Source: an uncultured Pseudomonadota bacterium
GTDB taxonomy: Bacteria > Oederibacteriota > Muellerivitia > Muellerivitales > Muellerivitaceae
Length of the DNA: 64,000 nucleotides
Direction of reading: 5' to 3'
Assembly (NCBI GenBank): GCA_963770835.1
Contig: CAVYRH010000003.1
Span: 1-64,000, forward strand
The translations under genes were made by a program, and so were the position numbers. The notes under the pieces are model-generated. The model saw nothing but the letters and a program-made list of their open reading frames with translations. It did no database searches and was not told where the DNA came from. Shown here in pieces: positions 10,713 through 20,948 of this stretch. Position 1 is the first letter of the stretch, and each line of letters begins with the position of its first letter.

Positions 10713-12872
10713 ATGAAAATGTTTTTGAATCAAAACTTTCTGAACCAAAGTTTGAATCGATTTCAAGTAAAAATCGTTTTATGTTCCGCGCGCCTTTTCA
10801 TTTTGATAGCGCTCTGGGGTTGTCTCCTTTTTCTTCCGGCCTCCAGGGTCCAGGCCCAGCCGCTCATCAACCTCAACGGCGGGGAAGTCATGACCTGCCA
10901 GTTTGTCAATAACACCACCGTGCCCAACAACCAGGTTTACATCTGTGTGCTGGCCAATAACGCCTACCTTACTCCGGGCGGTACGATGAACGCCATTGTG
11001 CCTGGGCAGAACGCCAGCAACTACACCATGACCTTGGCTCAGATCGACGCGTTGAGTCCCGCCGGGCTGCAGTTCCCCGTGATGGGCTCAGGCCGCATAT
11101 GGTTTTCTTTTTACTCGCCCCTGAACATGCCCATCGTGGCGGGGCCGGGCATTGTACAGCCCAACATCGGCAACCCGACCGACCCCAACATCAATACGGT
11201 CTTCGACTGGATGGAGTTCGACGAGGGCAGCGATTACATTTACTGCAACACCACCCAGGTGAATATGTTCGGCATTCCCTACACCATGGGTTTGTACAAC
11301 GTCGGCGGGGGGCTCAACGGCACCAGCGGCATCGCGGATTGCTACAGCGACATCGTGGCCAAGTACGAGGCTTATATGAATTCCATACCTGGCGCGTCCA
11401 TCTTCAACTCTCTGGTGGGGTCAGTGCGCATCGTGGCTCCTGCGGATGGCACTTTCGCGGCGGGCGCGGCCAACGGCACTTACTTTGACAGCTATATTTC
11501 CCAGCTCTGGACCGAGTACGCGTCTACGCCCTTGGTCATCAGCACGGGGGGCAATACCTACTCGGGCACCACGACGGGCCCGGGAAGCCAGATGACTTTT
11601 ACCGGCCCGGGCGGGCCATACACTGTGGGCTATCCCACCACGCAGGACGCGCTGGCCGCTTCCGGCGTCTTCGCCAACGGAAATCCCACGGAGCTGGGGT
11701 TGGAAGTGGTGATGGCCGCGGGCATTAACCGCCACGTTCTCGACAATGCCGCCAATCTCAACAACCCCGCGGCCTTTTATCAAACCGCCCCCAGCAATTA
11801 TTACGCGGCTTTCTGGCACTCGGTCAATCTTAACAACCTGGCCTATGGATTTCCCTATGACGATGATGACAATCAAAGCGACCTTCTGGTCAGCGCCAAC
11901 GCCCGTGCGTTGGCGATTACTTTCAGCGGCTGCAATTCCACGCCCACCAATACTTTTACGCCTTCTCCCACGGCTACCTTTACCAACAGCCCCACGGCCA
12001 CTAATACTTTCACCCATACCGCTACTTCCACCTTTACGCCTACTAACACCGCCACCAAGACCAGTACCAATACGGCAACCAACACTTCCACCAATAAAGC
12101 CACCCATACCACGACTTCCACCTCAACGCCGACCAATACCGCCACCAACACCAGTACCAACACTTCCACCTATACTTCCACCAACACAGCGACTTTCACT
12201 TTTACGCCGACTAACACCGCCACCAACACTCCTACCAATACAGCAACCAACACTTTCACCAATACTTCTACCAACACCGTGACTTCCACCTTTACGCCGA
12301 CTAGTACGGCCACCAACACCAGTACCTATACAGCAACGAACACTCCTACCAATACGGCAACCTATACTTCCGTCAATACCGCTACGACCACCGCTACAAA
12401 TACGCCGACCCCAACTTCAACGCGCACCGCCACTCCCACATCGATGAATACACCTACCGCGACATCGACTGTGACGCCCCTCAAAACACCCACCCCCGCC
12501 CTGACGCCGACGCCGTCAGCCACGGCCACCGTTACCCCGGTCAATACCCTTACGAACCTCTGGACTCCGACGGTTCCGGCGGATGTTTTCCAGATCTGCA
12601 AGAACGTTTTTAACGAAACCAGCGATGGGACGGTCTGCATCACGCTCTCATCTTCCCAATATCCCGGTCCGGTGGCTTTGAGGATTTACAACTCGGTGGG
12701 GGAGCACGTTAAAACGCTCTTCGAAGAACAGCTGACTCAGCCGCTCTCGCTCACGGTGGTGAATTGGGATGGAACCAACAAATTCGGCCAGAAAGTCGCC
12801 AGCGGTATTTACATTGTTTATCTCACGAAACCCACCAGCGTCGCCACCGGCCGACTGGTGGTTCTTCGTTGA
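10713..12872 (+). CDS. Secreted GH64-like beta-1,3-glucanase with Thr-rich linker and FlgD/CTD-like tail (ATG 10713 preferred)
   Basis: SGRIWFS, DPNINTVFDWMEF, NTTQVNMFGIP, NYYAAFWH, AYGFPYDD. Confidence 0.82.
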   Translation: MKMFLNQNFLNQSLNRFQVKIVLCSARLFILIALWGCLLFLPASRVQAQPLINLNGGEVMTCQFVNNTTVPNNQVYICVLANNAYLTPGGTMNAIVPGQNASNYTMTLAQIDALSPAGLQFPVMGSGRIWFSFYSPLNMPIVAGPGIVQPNIGNPTDPNINTVFDWMEFDEGSDYIYCNTTQVNMFGIPYTMGLYNVGGGLNGTSGIADCYSDIVAKYEAYMNSIPGASIFNSLVGSVRIVAPADGTFAAGAANGTYFDSYISQLWTEYASTPLVISTGGNTYSGTTTGPGSQMTFTGPGGPYTVGYPTTQDALAASGVFANGNPTELGLEVVMAAGINRHVLDNAANLNNPAAFYQTAPSNYYAAFWHSVNLNNLAYGFPYDDDDNQSDLLVSANARALAITFSGCNSTPTNTFTPSPTATFTNSPTATNTFTHTATSTFTPTNTATKTSTNTATNTSTNKATHTTTSTSTPTNTATNTSTNTSTYTSTNTATFTFTPTNTATNTPTNTATNTFTNTSTNTVTSTFTPTSTATNTSTYTATNTPTNTATYTSVNTATTTATNTPTPTSTRTATPTSMNTPTATSTVTPLKTPTPALTPTPSATATVTPVNTLTNLWTPTVPADVFQICKNVFNETSDGTVCITLSSSQYPGPVALRIYNSVGEHVKTLFEEQLTQPLSLTVVNWDGTNKFGQKVASGIYIVYLTKPTSVATGRLVVLR

Positions 12873-12909
12873 AACAGCATGAGGTTGAGGTCAACCATTT
12901 CAAGGGGAG

Positions 12910-14886
12910 TTGTCGGTGAAACAGTTATTTCTAAAATTCTCGAAATTTTTTTTAAACACGCCTTCCCGAATCGTTTCATTTACCGCCTTGTTTTTTCTGG
13001 CTCCTTCCGCCTGGGCCAAGCCCCCCTACCTCGTTTTCGGATATCTTCCGGATTACGACACCGTCACCTTAAGCGCCCTTTCCTGGGGCGACATGACCCA
13101 TGTGTTGGAAGCCTTCGCTGAGTTAGACGTAAATTACAACGTCACCTTTCCCTATGGCCAGAGGGCCAACCTGGTTTCCACCGCCCATTCCAACAACACG
13201 CGGTGCCTGCTTTCCTTCGGGGGGGAAGGTTCGGGCAGCGGCTACTGGCCCGCGCCCGGTGCCTCCATGATTACGGCAGTGAATAACATCATGGCGGTGG
13301 TCAACTCCAATGGTTACGACGGCGTGGATATCGACTGGGAATTTCCCACAGCGAGCAACGAATCCGACTTCATGGGTTTAATGACGGCGCTGGCCGGCGC
13401 TCTCCACGTCACGAACGGCTATGACGGCAAACCCCGGCAGCTGACCTTTACCATCAGCGCGGGCGCGAATATCTGCGGCATCAACTGGGCCACCATCGGG
13501 CAGTATGCCGATTTCGGAATTCTCATGGGGTACAGCTATGGATTGGACCAATTCAACGGTCCCATGATCGATACCGCCGAATACGGGGACTGCGCCGGCA
13601 ACTACAACATACTGGGCGACATTGTGGACTCGGTGAGGCGGGTGACGGGCTGGGGACTTTCCTCCGGTCAAATCATTCTGGCCTGTCCTCTCTATTCCAA
13701 CCAGGGGAACACGCTGACGACCATCCTTGCGGGTACTTTGACCAACTTTTACACTCCCCAGGACGAGGCCTCCTACAGCAGCGGCGACACCGGTGTGGAA
13801 AACGCGCAAACCTATTGCGATAAGATCAATTGGTGCGGGACGCAGTCGCCCCCGCTTCCTGGCATCGGACTATGGGAAATTTCCCAGGCCTATCCGCCTA
13901 CCGCCAACGCGGGGATATCCCAAGTATGGGCTGTGATCGGGGCGCGCAGTTCCTGCGTGACCTACGGCGGCGCCACCCCGACTCATACGGCTACCAATAC
14001 CGCCATCTCCACCGCCACTCAAACCTCCACCCATACCGCGACCAATAGCCCCACCAATACGTTTTTCCCCACGGGGACAAGTACTCCTACGGGTACCGCG
14101 ACAAACAAAACGACGAACACGCCTACGGTCACTCCAACTCCAACCACCACTCATACAGCGACCAATACAGCCAGTTCAACTGCGACTCAAACCTCCATGA
14201 GCATCGCGTCTTCAACAGCGACCCATACGTTGACGGCTACGCCGTCAAATACTCCTACGGGCACACCCACTTTAACCGCTACCTATACGCCAACTAGCAC
14301 ACCTGCGAAAACTTCTACCGATTCTCCAACGAATACGCCCTCGGACACACCGACTTCAACGAACACTCATACTTCTACCAACAGCCCGACCAATACCGCG
14401 ACCAATACGTTGTCCCTTACGGGGACAAGTACTCCTACGGGCACACCTACAGCCACAGCGACCAGCACTCGTACGAATACACGGACGATTACCTCCACCA
14501 GTAGCCCCACCGATACGGCGTCGAATACTTTGACGCCTTCGGCGACAGCGACCGTGACCCACACAGCCACTATTACTCCCACCGATACCGCGACGATCGC
14601 GTCGGTGGTTGTGATCTCCGCCCCCTATCCGAATCCTTCAAGGGGATTGCCTATTTCATTTAATGTCTCGGTGCCGGGTGAATCGACGTTGACGCTGGAT
14701 GTGTTTACCTTGGCTTTCCGCAAGATATACAGCGAAATGATCCAGGCTGATGGCTCTTTAACCCTTCGGTGGGATTTAAGGGATGTTTCGGGAATACAGG
14801 TGGCGAATGGGGTTTATTACGTTCGTATCCACGTCGCGGGCAGCCAATCGGCGACAAAAATTCTTAAAGTACTCATCCTGAGATAA
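12910..14886 (+). CDS. Secreted GH18 chitinase-like hydrolase with Thr-rich linker and C-terminal sorting-like domain
   Basis: LLSFGG and catalytic [11 protein letters not shown] (DxxDxDxE). Confidence 0.88.
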   Translation: MSVKQLFLKFSKFFLNTPSRIVSFTALFFLAPSAWAKPPYLVFGYLPDYDTVTLSALSWGDMTHVLEAFAELDVNYNVTFPYGQRANLVSTAHSNNTRCLLSFGGEGSGSGYWPAPGASMITAVNNIMAVVNSNGYDGVDIDWEFPTASNESDFMGLMTALAGALHVTNGYDGKPRQLTFTISAGANICGINWATIGQYADFGILMGYSYGLDQFNGPMIDTAEYGDCAGNYNILGDIVDSVRRVTGWGLSSGQIILACPLYSNQGNTLTTILAGTLTNFYTPQDEASYSSGDTGVENAQTYCDKINWCGTQSPPLPGIGLWEISQAYPPTANAGISQVWAVIGARSSCVTYGGATPTHTATNTAISTATQTSTHTATNSPTNTFFPTGTSTPTGTATNKTTNTPTVTPTPTTTHTATNTASSTATQTSMSIASSTATHTLTATPSNTPTGTPTLTATYTPTSTPAKTSTDSPTNTPSDTPTSTNTHTSTNSPTNTATNTLSLTGTSTPTGTPTATATSTRTNTRTITSTSSPTDTASNTLTPSATATVTHTATITPTDTATIASVVVISAPYPNPSRGLPISFNVSVPGESTLTLDVFTLAFRKIYSEMIQADGSLTLRWDLRDVSGIQVANGVYYVRIHVAGSQSATKILKVLILR

Positions 14887-14920
14887 AATTCATTCTGAAA
14901 CAAAATATTCGACCACCGTC

Positions 14921-14948
14921 TGTCCACGACAGGGACCCGTCGTGGACG
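14921..14948 (+). repeat. 28-bp 11-6-11 site
   Basis: TGTCCACGACA-GGGACC-CGTCGTGGACG. Confidence 0.9.
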
Positions 14949-15028
14949 AAGGAAAAAGTAGAAGGGGGCGAAGCTTCCCGGGAGGCAAGAAGATAACCTG
15001 GCGTGACTAGATCACGGCTTAAGTGACC

Positions 15029-16231
15029 CTAATCCGGTACCGGTTCACGGACTGAAATCTTCCAAAGGCATAGTTGCAATCCCAAAAGGAAAAATTGGAC
15101 GTTCATGAATTGGTGGCTGAAAGTATATTCGGTTAATCCCCAGGCCAAAATGGCCGAAAAGACACTTAAAAAAGCCCAATTCAAATCCCTCCATTCCGGC
15201 CCTCCCCCCCTCATTTTTAATGCGGACCAGTAGTAGCTGAAAATCCAAAACAAGTAGGCGACTAACCCTATCCACCCGTTTTGGGCGGTAAGTTGGAGAA
15301 AATTATCGTGGAGATGCGGAACGGTGGGCTCGAAATAAATGAATTGCGAACGGTATTTTGGGTAAATTTTCTCGACATTTCCTTGGCCCACTCCCCAAGG
15401 ATAGTCCTTGATGATTTTGACGCCCGAGTCCCAAATGAGAATCCGGGTTTCACTGGCGTTGTCGATTCGGTGATCTTTAATACCAAAGTTAACATTAAAA
15501 ATGCTTTTTACACGCTCCCGCAATGCTTGCGGCATCAAAACATAAGAAACGAGCAGGGCGACGAAGCCGACCAGGAGCCACTTCTTTCCCAGGCGCCACA
15601 TTAAAATCAAAAAACCAAAAAGGAATCCGACCCAAGCCCCCCGGGTTTCGGTCAAAAGAAGGCCGAATCCAATCAAGGAAAAGGAAAGCCAATGCCACGG
15701 ATTTTTAGGTTCGTTTTTTAAGAAATATATTTGCAGGAGCATGGCCACCATCAACATCCCACCGAACACCATCTTGTCCCCAGAAAAAGAATTGATACGG
15801 TCTTCGTGCAGGAAAAAATGCTTGCCGATCCCGAAGAGGGCGCAAAAAGCCGCGCCGTAGGTAAAAAACAGTAAAAGTTTTTGAATCTCCTTGTACTGAA
15901 GGGTCATTGCGCTGATGGGGAAGATGAGCAGTAAAGTCAGGTATTTATGGACGGTATGAAAACTGTTGGCGGGATCGATTCCGGCCACGGCGCCAAGGAA
16001 AAAGGTGAAAAGAAAGAAAAGGGTCGCCCGGGGAAAAAGACCCTGGGGCCAATCGATTTTCCGGCGGTCCTTGAAGTGGGCGAACAAAAACAAGGCAACG
16101 GCCGGCCAGATCAATAGGTTTTGAAGGGCGATGGAAGCAACGGCAGAGGCGGCGAAGGCGAGAAGAATCCAAAAGAGCTGGCGGGAATAAGGAAGTTGGT
16201 TTTCCATGAAATGAATTATAAAGCGCTCCAT
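15029..16231 (-). CDS. O-antigen ligase family membrane protein (WaaL-like)
   Basis: Polytopic; LLTETRGAW, RILIW, PWGVGQGN, HLHDNFLQ. Confidence 0.85.
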   Translation of the reverse strand: MERFIIHFMENQLPYSRQLFWILLAFAASAVASIALQNLLIWPAVALFLFAHFKDRRKIDWPQGLFPRATLFFLFTFFLGAVAGIDPANSFHTVHKYLTLLLIFPISAMTLQYKEIQKLLLFFTYGAAFCALFGIGKHFFLHEDRINSFSGDKMVFGGMLMVAMLLQIYFLKNEPKNPWHWLSFSLIGFGLLLTETRGAWVGFLFGFLILMWRLGKKWLLVGFVALLVSYVLMPQALRERVKSIFNVNFGIKDHRIDNASETRILIWDSGVKIIKDYPWGVGQGNVEKIYPKYRSQFIYFEPTVPHLHDNFLQLTAQNGWIGLVAYLFWIFSYYWSALKMRGGGPEWRDLNWAFLSVFSAILAWGLTEYTFSHQFMNVQFFLLGLQLCLWKISVREPVPD

Positions 16232-16416
16232 TCCCTTTTCGACAAAAAACCCAGTAAAACCAACCTCTTGTTCGTTGACAGCCCTCCGCTTCGATGTTTA
16301 AATACCGATGCTTTTGGTCGCCTGACGGCGGAACGATGGGCCGGCGGCGAATTTGGTTCTGAGCGGTTCCCAAGATTTTCTGGGGCGGTTCGGTTCCTGG
16401 ACATGGAGGAATTTCA

Positions 16417-17523
16417 ATGTCGAAAGTGGTACTCAAGAACGTCAACAAGGTTTACGCGAACAACGTCGTCGCGGTCAACAACGTCAACATCGAGATCGCG
16501 GACAAAGAATTTTTAATCCTGGTGGGCCCCTCGGGTTGCGGCAAATCCACCACCCTGCGCATGGTGGCCGGGCTGGAGGAACTTTCCGGCGGCGAAATCC
16601 GCATCGATGACGTCCTCGTCAATGACGTCCCCCCCAAGGACCGGGATATCGCCATGGTATTCCAAAATTACGCCCTTTACCCCCACATGACGGTGTTCGA
16701 TAACATGGCTTTCGGGTTGAAACTGCGCAAGTACCCCAAAGAAGAGATCAAACAGCGCGTTTACGAAGCCGCCAATATCCTGGGCATCCAGGAGCTGCTG
16801 AACCGCCGCCCGAAGGAACTCTCCGGCGGCCAGCGCCAGCGCGTGGCCGTGGGCCGGGCCATCGTGCGCAAGCCCAAGGTGTTCCTCTTCGACGAACCCC
16901 TTTCCAACCTGGACGCCAAGCTGCGCGTGCAGATGAGGGCGGAAATCTCCAAGCTCCACACCCGCCTCCAGGCCACCATGATTTACGTGACCCACGACCA
17001 GTTGGAAGCCATGACCATGGGAGACCGCATCGCCGTCATGAAGGACGGTTACGTCCAGCAGATCGCCGACCCGATCACCCTTTACGAAAAGCCCGTCAAC
17101 AAGTTCGTGGCCGGGTTCATCGGCACCCCCGCCATGAATTTCATGGAAGGAAGCCTCAACAAAAAGCGCACGGGCATCTACTTCAACGAGGAAAACTTCG
17201 AGATCAAGCTGCCGGACAACTTCGCCCCCCAAGTGGAAAGCCACATCGGCCGGGACGTCATCCTGGGCGTGCGCCCGGAGGACATCCACGACAAGATGGA
17301 CGCCGCCAACGCGGGTCCGGACAACACCATCAGCGCCACGGTGGAGATCATCGAGCCCCTGGGCGCGGAAGCCTACCTCTACCTGACGACGGGCAAGAGC
17401 CCCTTCATCGCCAGGATCACCAACCACGAGCAGATCGAGATCAACCAGGACATCGAACTGGTCTTCAACATGCAAAAGGCCCACATCTTCGACAAGGAAA
17501 CGGAGAAGTGCCTTACCAACTGA
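16417..17523 (+). CDS. Carbohydrate ABC transporter ATP-binding protein (MalK/UgpC/MsmX family)
   Basis: GPSGCGKST, LSGGQRQR, FDEPLSNLD, YVTHDQ; C-terminal TOBE-like domain. Confidence 0.95.
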   Translation: MSKVVLKNVNKVYANNVVAVNNVNIEIADKEFLILVGPSGCGKSTTLRMVAGLEELSGGEIRIDDVLVNDVPPKDRDIAMVFQNYALYPHMTVFDNMAFGLKLRKYPKEEIKQRVYEAANILGIQELLNRRPKELSGGQRQRVAVGRAIVRKPKVFLFDEPLSNLDAKLRVQMRAEISKLHTRLQATMIYVTHDQLEAMTMGDRIAVMKDGYVQQIADPITLYEKPVNKFVAGFIGTPAMNFMEGSLNKKRTGIYFNEENFEIKLPDNFAPQVESHIGRDVILGVRPEDIHDKMDAANAGPDNTISATVEIIEPLGAEAYLYLTTGKSPFIARITNHEQIEINQDIELVFNMQKAHIFDKETEKCLTN

Positions 17524-17580
17524 AGGCAGTTCGCGGCTGACAGTTGGCAGCTGACAGGGAAAGCAAAACGAAAGTTGAAA

Positions 17581-17618
17581 AAAACCGGGGTGAAAAACCG
17601 CCCCGGTTTTTGTTTTTT
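17581..17618 (+). terminator. Rho-independent terminator, possibly bidirectional
   Basis: AAAACCGGGG-loop-CCCCGGTTTT followed by a T tract, downstream of the ATPase stop. Confidence 0.7.
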
Positions 17619-17750
17619 AGGTACAATCTTTTGGCCCGTGGTCCAAAGGCTGTGTTTTCCGGCGCTTGGCCACGGTACGGATAGGGTGGGTTGATTTTCC
17701 GGCTGCGAGCTGCCAGCTGTGAACCGCCAACTGACTTTTAAGGGGACATC

Positions 17751-19055
17751 ATGAAAATCGCGGTGGTAGGAACGGGCTACGTGGGCCTGGTGACCGGCGC
17801 CTGCTTCGCCGATCTGGGCAACGTGGTGACCTGCGTGGACGTGGACCGGGCGAAGGTCCTGAAGTTGAAAAAGGGCCTCGTGCCCATCTACGAACCCGGG
17901 CTGTCGGAAATCATCCACCGCAACCGCAGCAAGCGCCTTTCTTTCACCACGGACCTCTCCCGGGCGGTCCAAACCTCCGATTTCATCTTCATCGCCGTCA
18001 GCACCCCCCCGGGGGCGGACGGGGAAGCGGACATTTCCAACGTCAAGGCCGTGGCCCAGGGCATCGCCAAGGCCATCAACCGCTACAAGATCATCATCAA
18101 CAAAAGCACGGTTCCCATCGGCATGGGCGACGTCGTCACCCAGATCATCATCAAACACGGGCCTAAGGACGTTTCCTTCGACGTGGTTTCCAACCCCGAG
18201 TTCCTGCGGGAAGGCTCGGCGGTCTCCGACCTCCTGAAGCCGGACCGCATCGTGATCGGCGCCACCCGGCGCACCGCGGCGCAGAAGGTGGCCGAAATCT
18301 ACAAGCCCCTCCACAGCCCCATCCTCATCACGGACCTGAAGAGCGCGGAAATGATCAAATACGCCTCCAACGCCTTCCTGGCCACGAAGATCTCCTACAT
18401 CAACGAAATCGCCAACCTCTGCGACAAGGTGGGCGCGGACATCCTGCAAGTGACCCGGGGCATGAGCTACGACCCCCGCATCGGCGGGCAGTTCTTTAAC
18501 TCGGGCCTGGGCTTCGGCGGGAGCTGTTTCCCCAAGGACGTGGCGGCGCTGGTCCACATCGGCAAGGCCAACCGCTATCCCTTCCGCATCCTTCCCAACG
18601 TGCTGGCCGTCAACGACTACCAGCGCAAGCTCTTCGTGCAGAAAACACAAAAAGCCGTGGGAAGCCTGAAGGGGAAGACCCTGGCGGTTTGGGGCCTTTC
18701 CTTCAAGCCCAACACGGACGACATGCGGGAAGCCCCGGCCCTTACGATTATCCCGGCCTTAAGGGCCAAAGGCGCCAAACTCAAGCTTTACGACCCGGTA
18801 TCCATGGAGAAGGCCAAGGGGCTGTTCAAGGGCGTCAAATTCTCCAAGAATCCCTATGAGGCGGCCCAAGGGGCCGACGCGGTCCTGGTTTTGACCGACT
18901 GGAATGAATTCAAACAAATCGACTTCCAGAAACTCAAAAGCGTGGTCCGCCAGCCCTTGATGATCGACGGCCGGAACATGTACGAATCCCAGGAAATGGC
19001 CGAAAAAGGTTTCGTGTACCACGGCATCGGGCGGGGGGAAGTTTCCACATTCTGA
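17751..19055 (+). CDS. ugd: UDP-glucose 6-dehydrogenase
   Basis: GTGYVGL, KSTVP, SNPEFLREG, GFGGSCFPKD, FKPNTDDMRE. Confidence 0.95.
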   Translation: MKIAVVGTGYVGLVTGACFADLGNVVTCVDVDRAKVLKLKKGLVPIYEPGLSEIIHRNRSKRLSFTTDLSRAVQTSDFIFIAVSTPPGADGEADISNVKAVAQGIAKAINRYKIIINKSTVPIGMGDVVTQIIIKHGPKDVSFDVVSNPEFLREGSAVSDLLKPDRIVIGATRRTAAQKVAEIYKPLHSPILITDLKSAEMIKYASNAFLATKISYINEIANLCDKVGADILQVTRGMSYDPRIGGQFFNSGLGFGGSCFPKDVAALVHIGKANRYPFRILPNVLAVNDYQRKLFVQKTQKAVGSLKGKTLAVWGLSFKPNTDDMREAPALTIIPALRAKGAKLKLYDPVSMEKAKGLFKGVKFSKNPYEAAQGADAVLVLTDWNEFKQIDFQKLKSVVRQPLMIDGRNMYESQEMAEKGFVYHGIGRGEVSTF

Positions 19056-19207
19056 CGAATGTGGAGTGCGGAGTCCTAAGTGGTAAGTTTTGAGTTGTTG
19101 AATGTTTTTGAACCAGGGGTTCAAAACATACCTTCACTTAAAACTTCGAACTTCGCACTTCGAACCAAAATGACAGTTCGCTTATTATCCGCACAGTTGG
19201 TCCAGGA

Positions 19208-20086
19208 GTGTGGCACGTGAAGATAGCACTTTTAGGGGCCTCCGGCATGCTGGGCCATAAGATCACCGAAGCCTTCAAGGCCAAGGGGCAGGAACTGGTC
19301 ACCCCGGCCCATTCGGAAGCCGATTTAAACTCCCCCCATACGCTCGAGAAATTCTTCAATTCCAATGCCTTCGATGTCCTGGTCAATTGCGCGGCCTTCA
19401 CCCGGGTGGATGCCTGCGAGGAACCGTCGAAATTCTCCATGGTCCTCAACGTCAACGGCACCGCCGTGGGGTGGCTGGCCCAGCTTTGCAAAAAAACAAA
19501 CCGCACCCTGGTCCACTATTCCACGGATTACGTTTTCGACGGAAGCAAGGAAGAACCCTACCGGGAAACGGACCCGGTCTCCCCGATCAATACTTACGGG
19601 AGGACCAAAAGCCAGGGCGAGAAGCTCATTCCCATGGAAAACCCCTTCTATTACCTCATCCGGTCCTCCTGGGTTTACGGCCCCCATGGCCGGAATTTCG
19701 TCGACACGATGACGGGGCTCTTGAAAACCAAGAACCGCGTCGAAGTGGTGGATGACCAAATAGGGGGGCCGACCTATACCGGCGACTTGGCCCAATTCAC
19801 TTGGGACCTTTTGGAAAAAAAGGCCGCGCCCGGCACCTATCATTTCGCCAATTCGGGCTTCGTTTCCTGGTACGGTTTCGCCAAGGAAATCCAGAAACAA
19901 ACGGGGCTGAAAGGCTGCGAGATCGTTCCGGTCAGCAGCAGCCGTATTTTCAGGCCGGCCGAGCGCCCGGCCAATTCCCGCTTCGACTTGTCCAAAGCCG
20001 CCCAAGCCCTGGGCCAGGCCCCCCGCCCCTGGCCGGAAGCCCTGAGGGAATACTTGAGCAAGGAACTTCAAATTGAAGCGGCCTGA
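19208..20086 (+). CDS. rfbD: dTDP-4-dehydrorhamnose reductase
   Basis: GASGMLG, NCAAFTRVD, STDYVFDG, YGRTK, DDQIGGPT. Confidence 0.93.
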   Translation: MWHVKIALLGASGMLGHKITEAFKAKGQELVTPAHSEADLNSPHTLEKFFNSNAFDVLVNCAAFTRVDACEEPSKFSMVLNVNGTAVGWLAQLCKKTNRTLVHYSTDYVFDGSKEEPYRETDPVSPINTYGRTKSQGEKLIPMENPFYYLIRSSWVYGPHGRNFVDTMTGLLKTKNRVEVVDDQIGGPTYTGDLAQFTWDLLEKKAAPGTYHFANSGFVSWYGFAKEIQKQTGLKGCEIVPVSSSRIFRPAERPANSRFDLSKAAQALGQAPRPWPEALREYLSKELQIEAA

Positions 20087-20825
20087 GCTCTCCGTCGTCA
20101 TCCCCGTCTACAACGAGGAGGCCCGGATCGGGCCGACGCTGGGGGGCGCCTTGCGCTATTTAAAGGCCAAGAAGATCGCCGCGGAGATCCTGGTGGTGGA
20201 CGACGGCTCGAAGGATAAGACCTTGGAAGTGGTCGGCCGGTTCCAGAAGCAGGCTTCCGGGCGGCTTTCCCTCAAGATCCTGGGGCAGGGGAACAACAAG
20301 GGGAAGGGCGCGGCGGTTCGCATCGGCGCCCTGGCCGCCAAGGGCGAAGCGGTGCTTTACATGGACGGCGACAACGCCACGCCCCTTTCCGAATATGAGA
20401 AATTCAGGCCCGTTCTTAAAAGCGGCGTTCAGGTGGTGGTGGGGAGCCGGGCCGTGGACCGTTCCCAAGTGAAGATCGCCCAGCCCCTTTACCGCCAGGC
20501 CCTGGGCCGCCTGGCCAACCTCCTCATCCAGTTTATGGTGGTGCCCGGCATCTGGGACACCCAGTGCGGCTTCAAGGCCTTTTCCCGCAAGGCCGCCCTC
20601 AAGATTTTCCCCCGGCAGACCATCCAGCGGTTCGGGTTCGATTTCGAGCTTCTTTTCCTCGCCCACAAATACGGCTTCTCGATCAAGGAAGTGTCGGTGC
20701 AATGGTTCAATTCGCCCTTTTCCAAGGTGAGGCTGGGGGATTACCCGCACACCCTGTTCGAATTGTTTTTGATCCGGTGGAATGATTTGAAGGGGATTTA
20801 TGAGGGGAAAAAAGCAGAGAAATGA
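20073..20825 (+). CDS. GT2 dolichyl-phosphate beta-glucosyltransferase-like protein
   Basis: VIPVYNEE, DDGSKD, NKGKGAAV, DTQCGFKAF. Confidence 0.9.
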   Translation: MKRPELSVVIPVYNEEARIGPTLGGALRYLKAKKIAAEILVVDDGSKDKTLEVVGRFQKQASGRLSLKILGQGNNKGKGAAVRIGALAAKGEAVLYMDGDNATPLSEYEKFRPVLKSGVQVVVGSRAVDRSQVKIAQPLYRQALGRLANLLIQFMVVPGIWDTQCGFKAFSRKAALKIFPRQTIQRFGFDFELLFLAHKYGFSIKEVSVQWFNSPFSKVRLGDYPHTLFELFLIRWNDLKGIYEGKKAEK

Positions 20826-20948
20826 AAATGTCACCCAAAAGATAGGTTACTGTCCCACTGCAATCCCATTTTCTTTAATTGATCAGCGGTATTTAAAAGG
20901 CAATATTCATTAAAAAAGACACCAAGGTCATTCACCCACCGTAAATTA

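Noticed and set aside
8940..14600. ACC/AAT/ACG-rich tandem repeats as a DNA repeat array
   Set aside because: They are in-frame Thr/Asn/Pro linker codons with synonymous variation.
16513..20834. Long minus-strand ORFs (323, 423, 258, 224 aa)
   Set aside because: Shadow frames of GC-rich, well-identified plus-strand genes.
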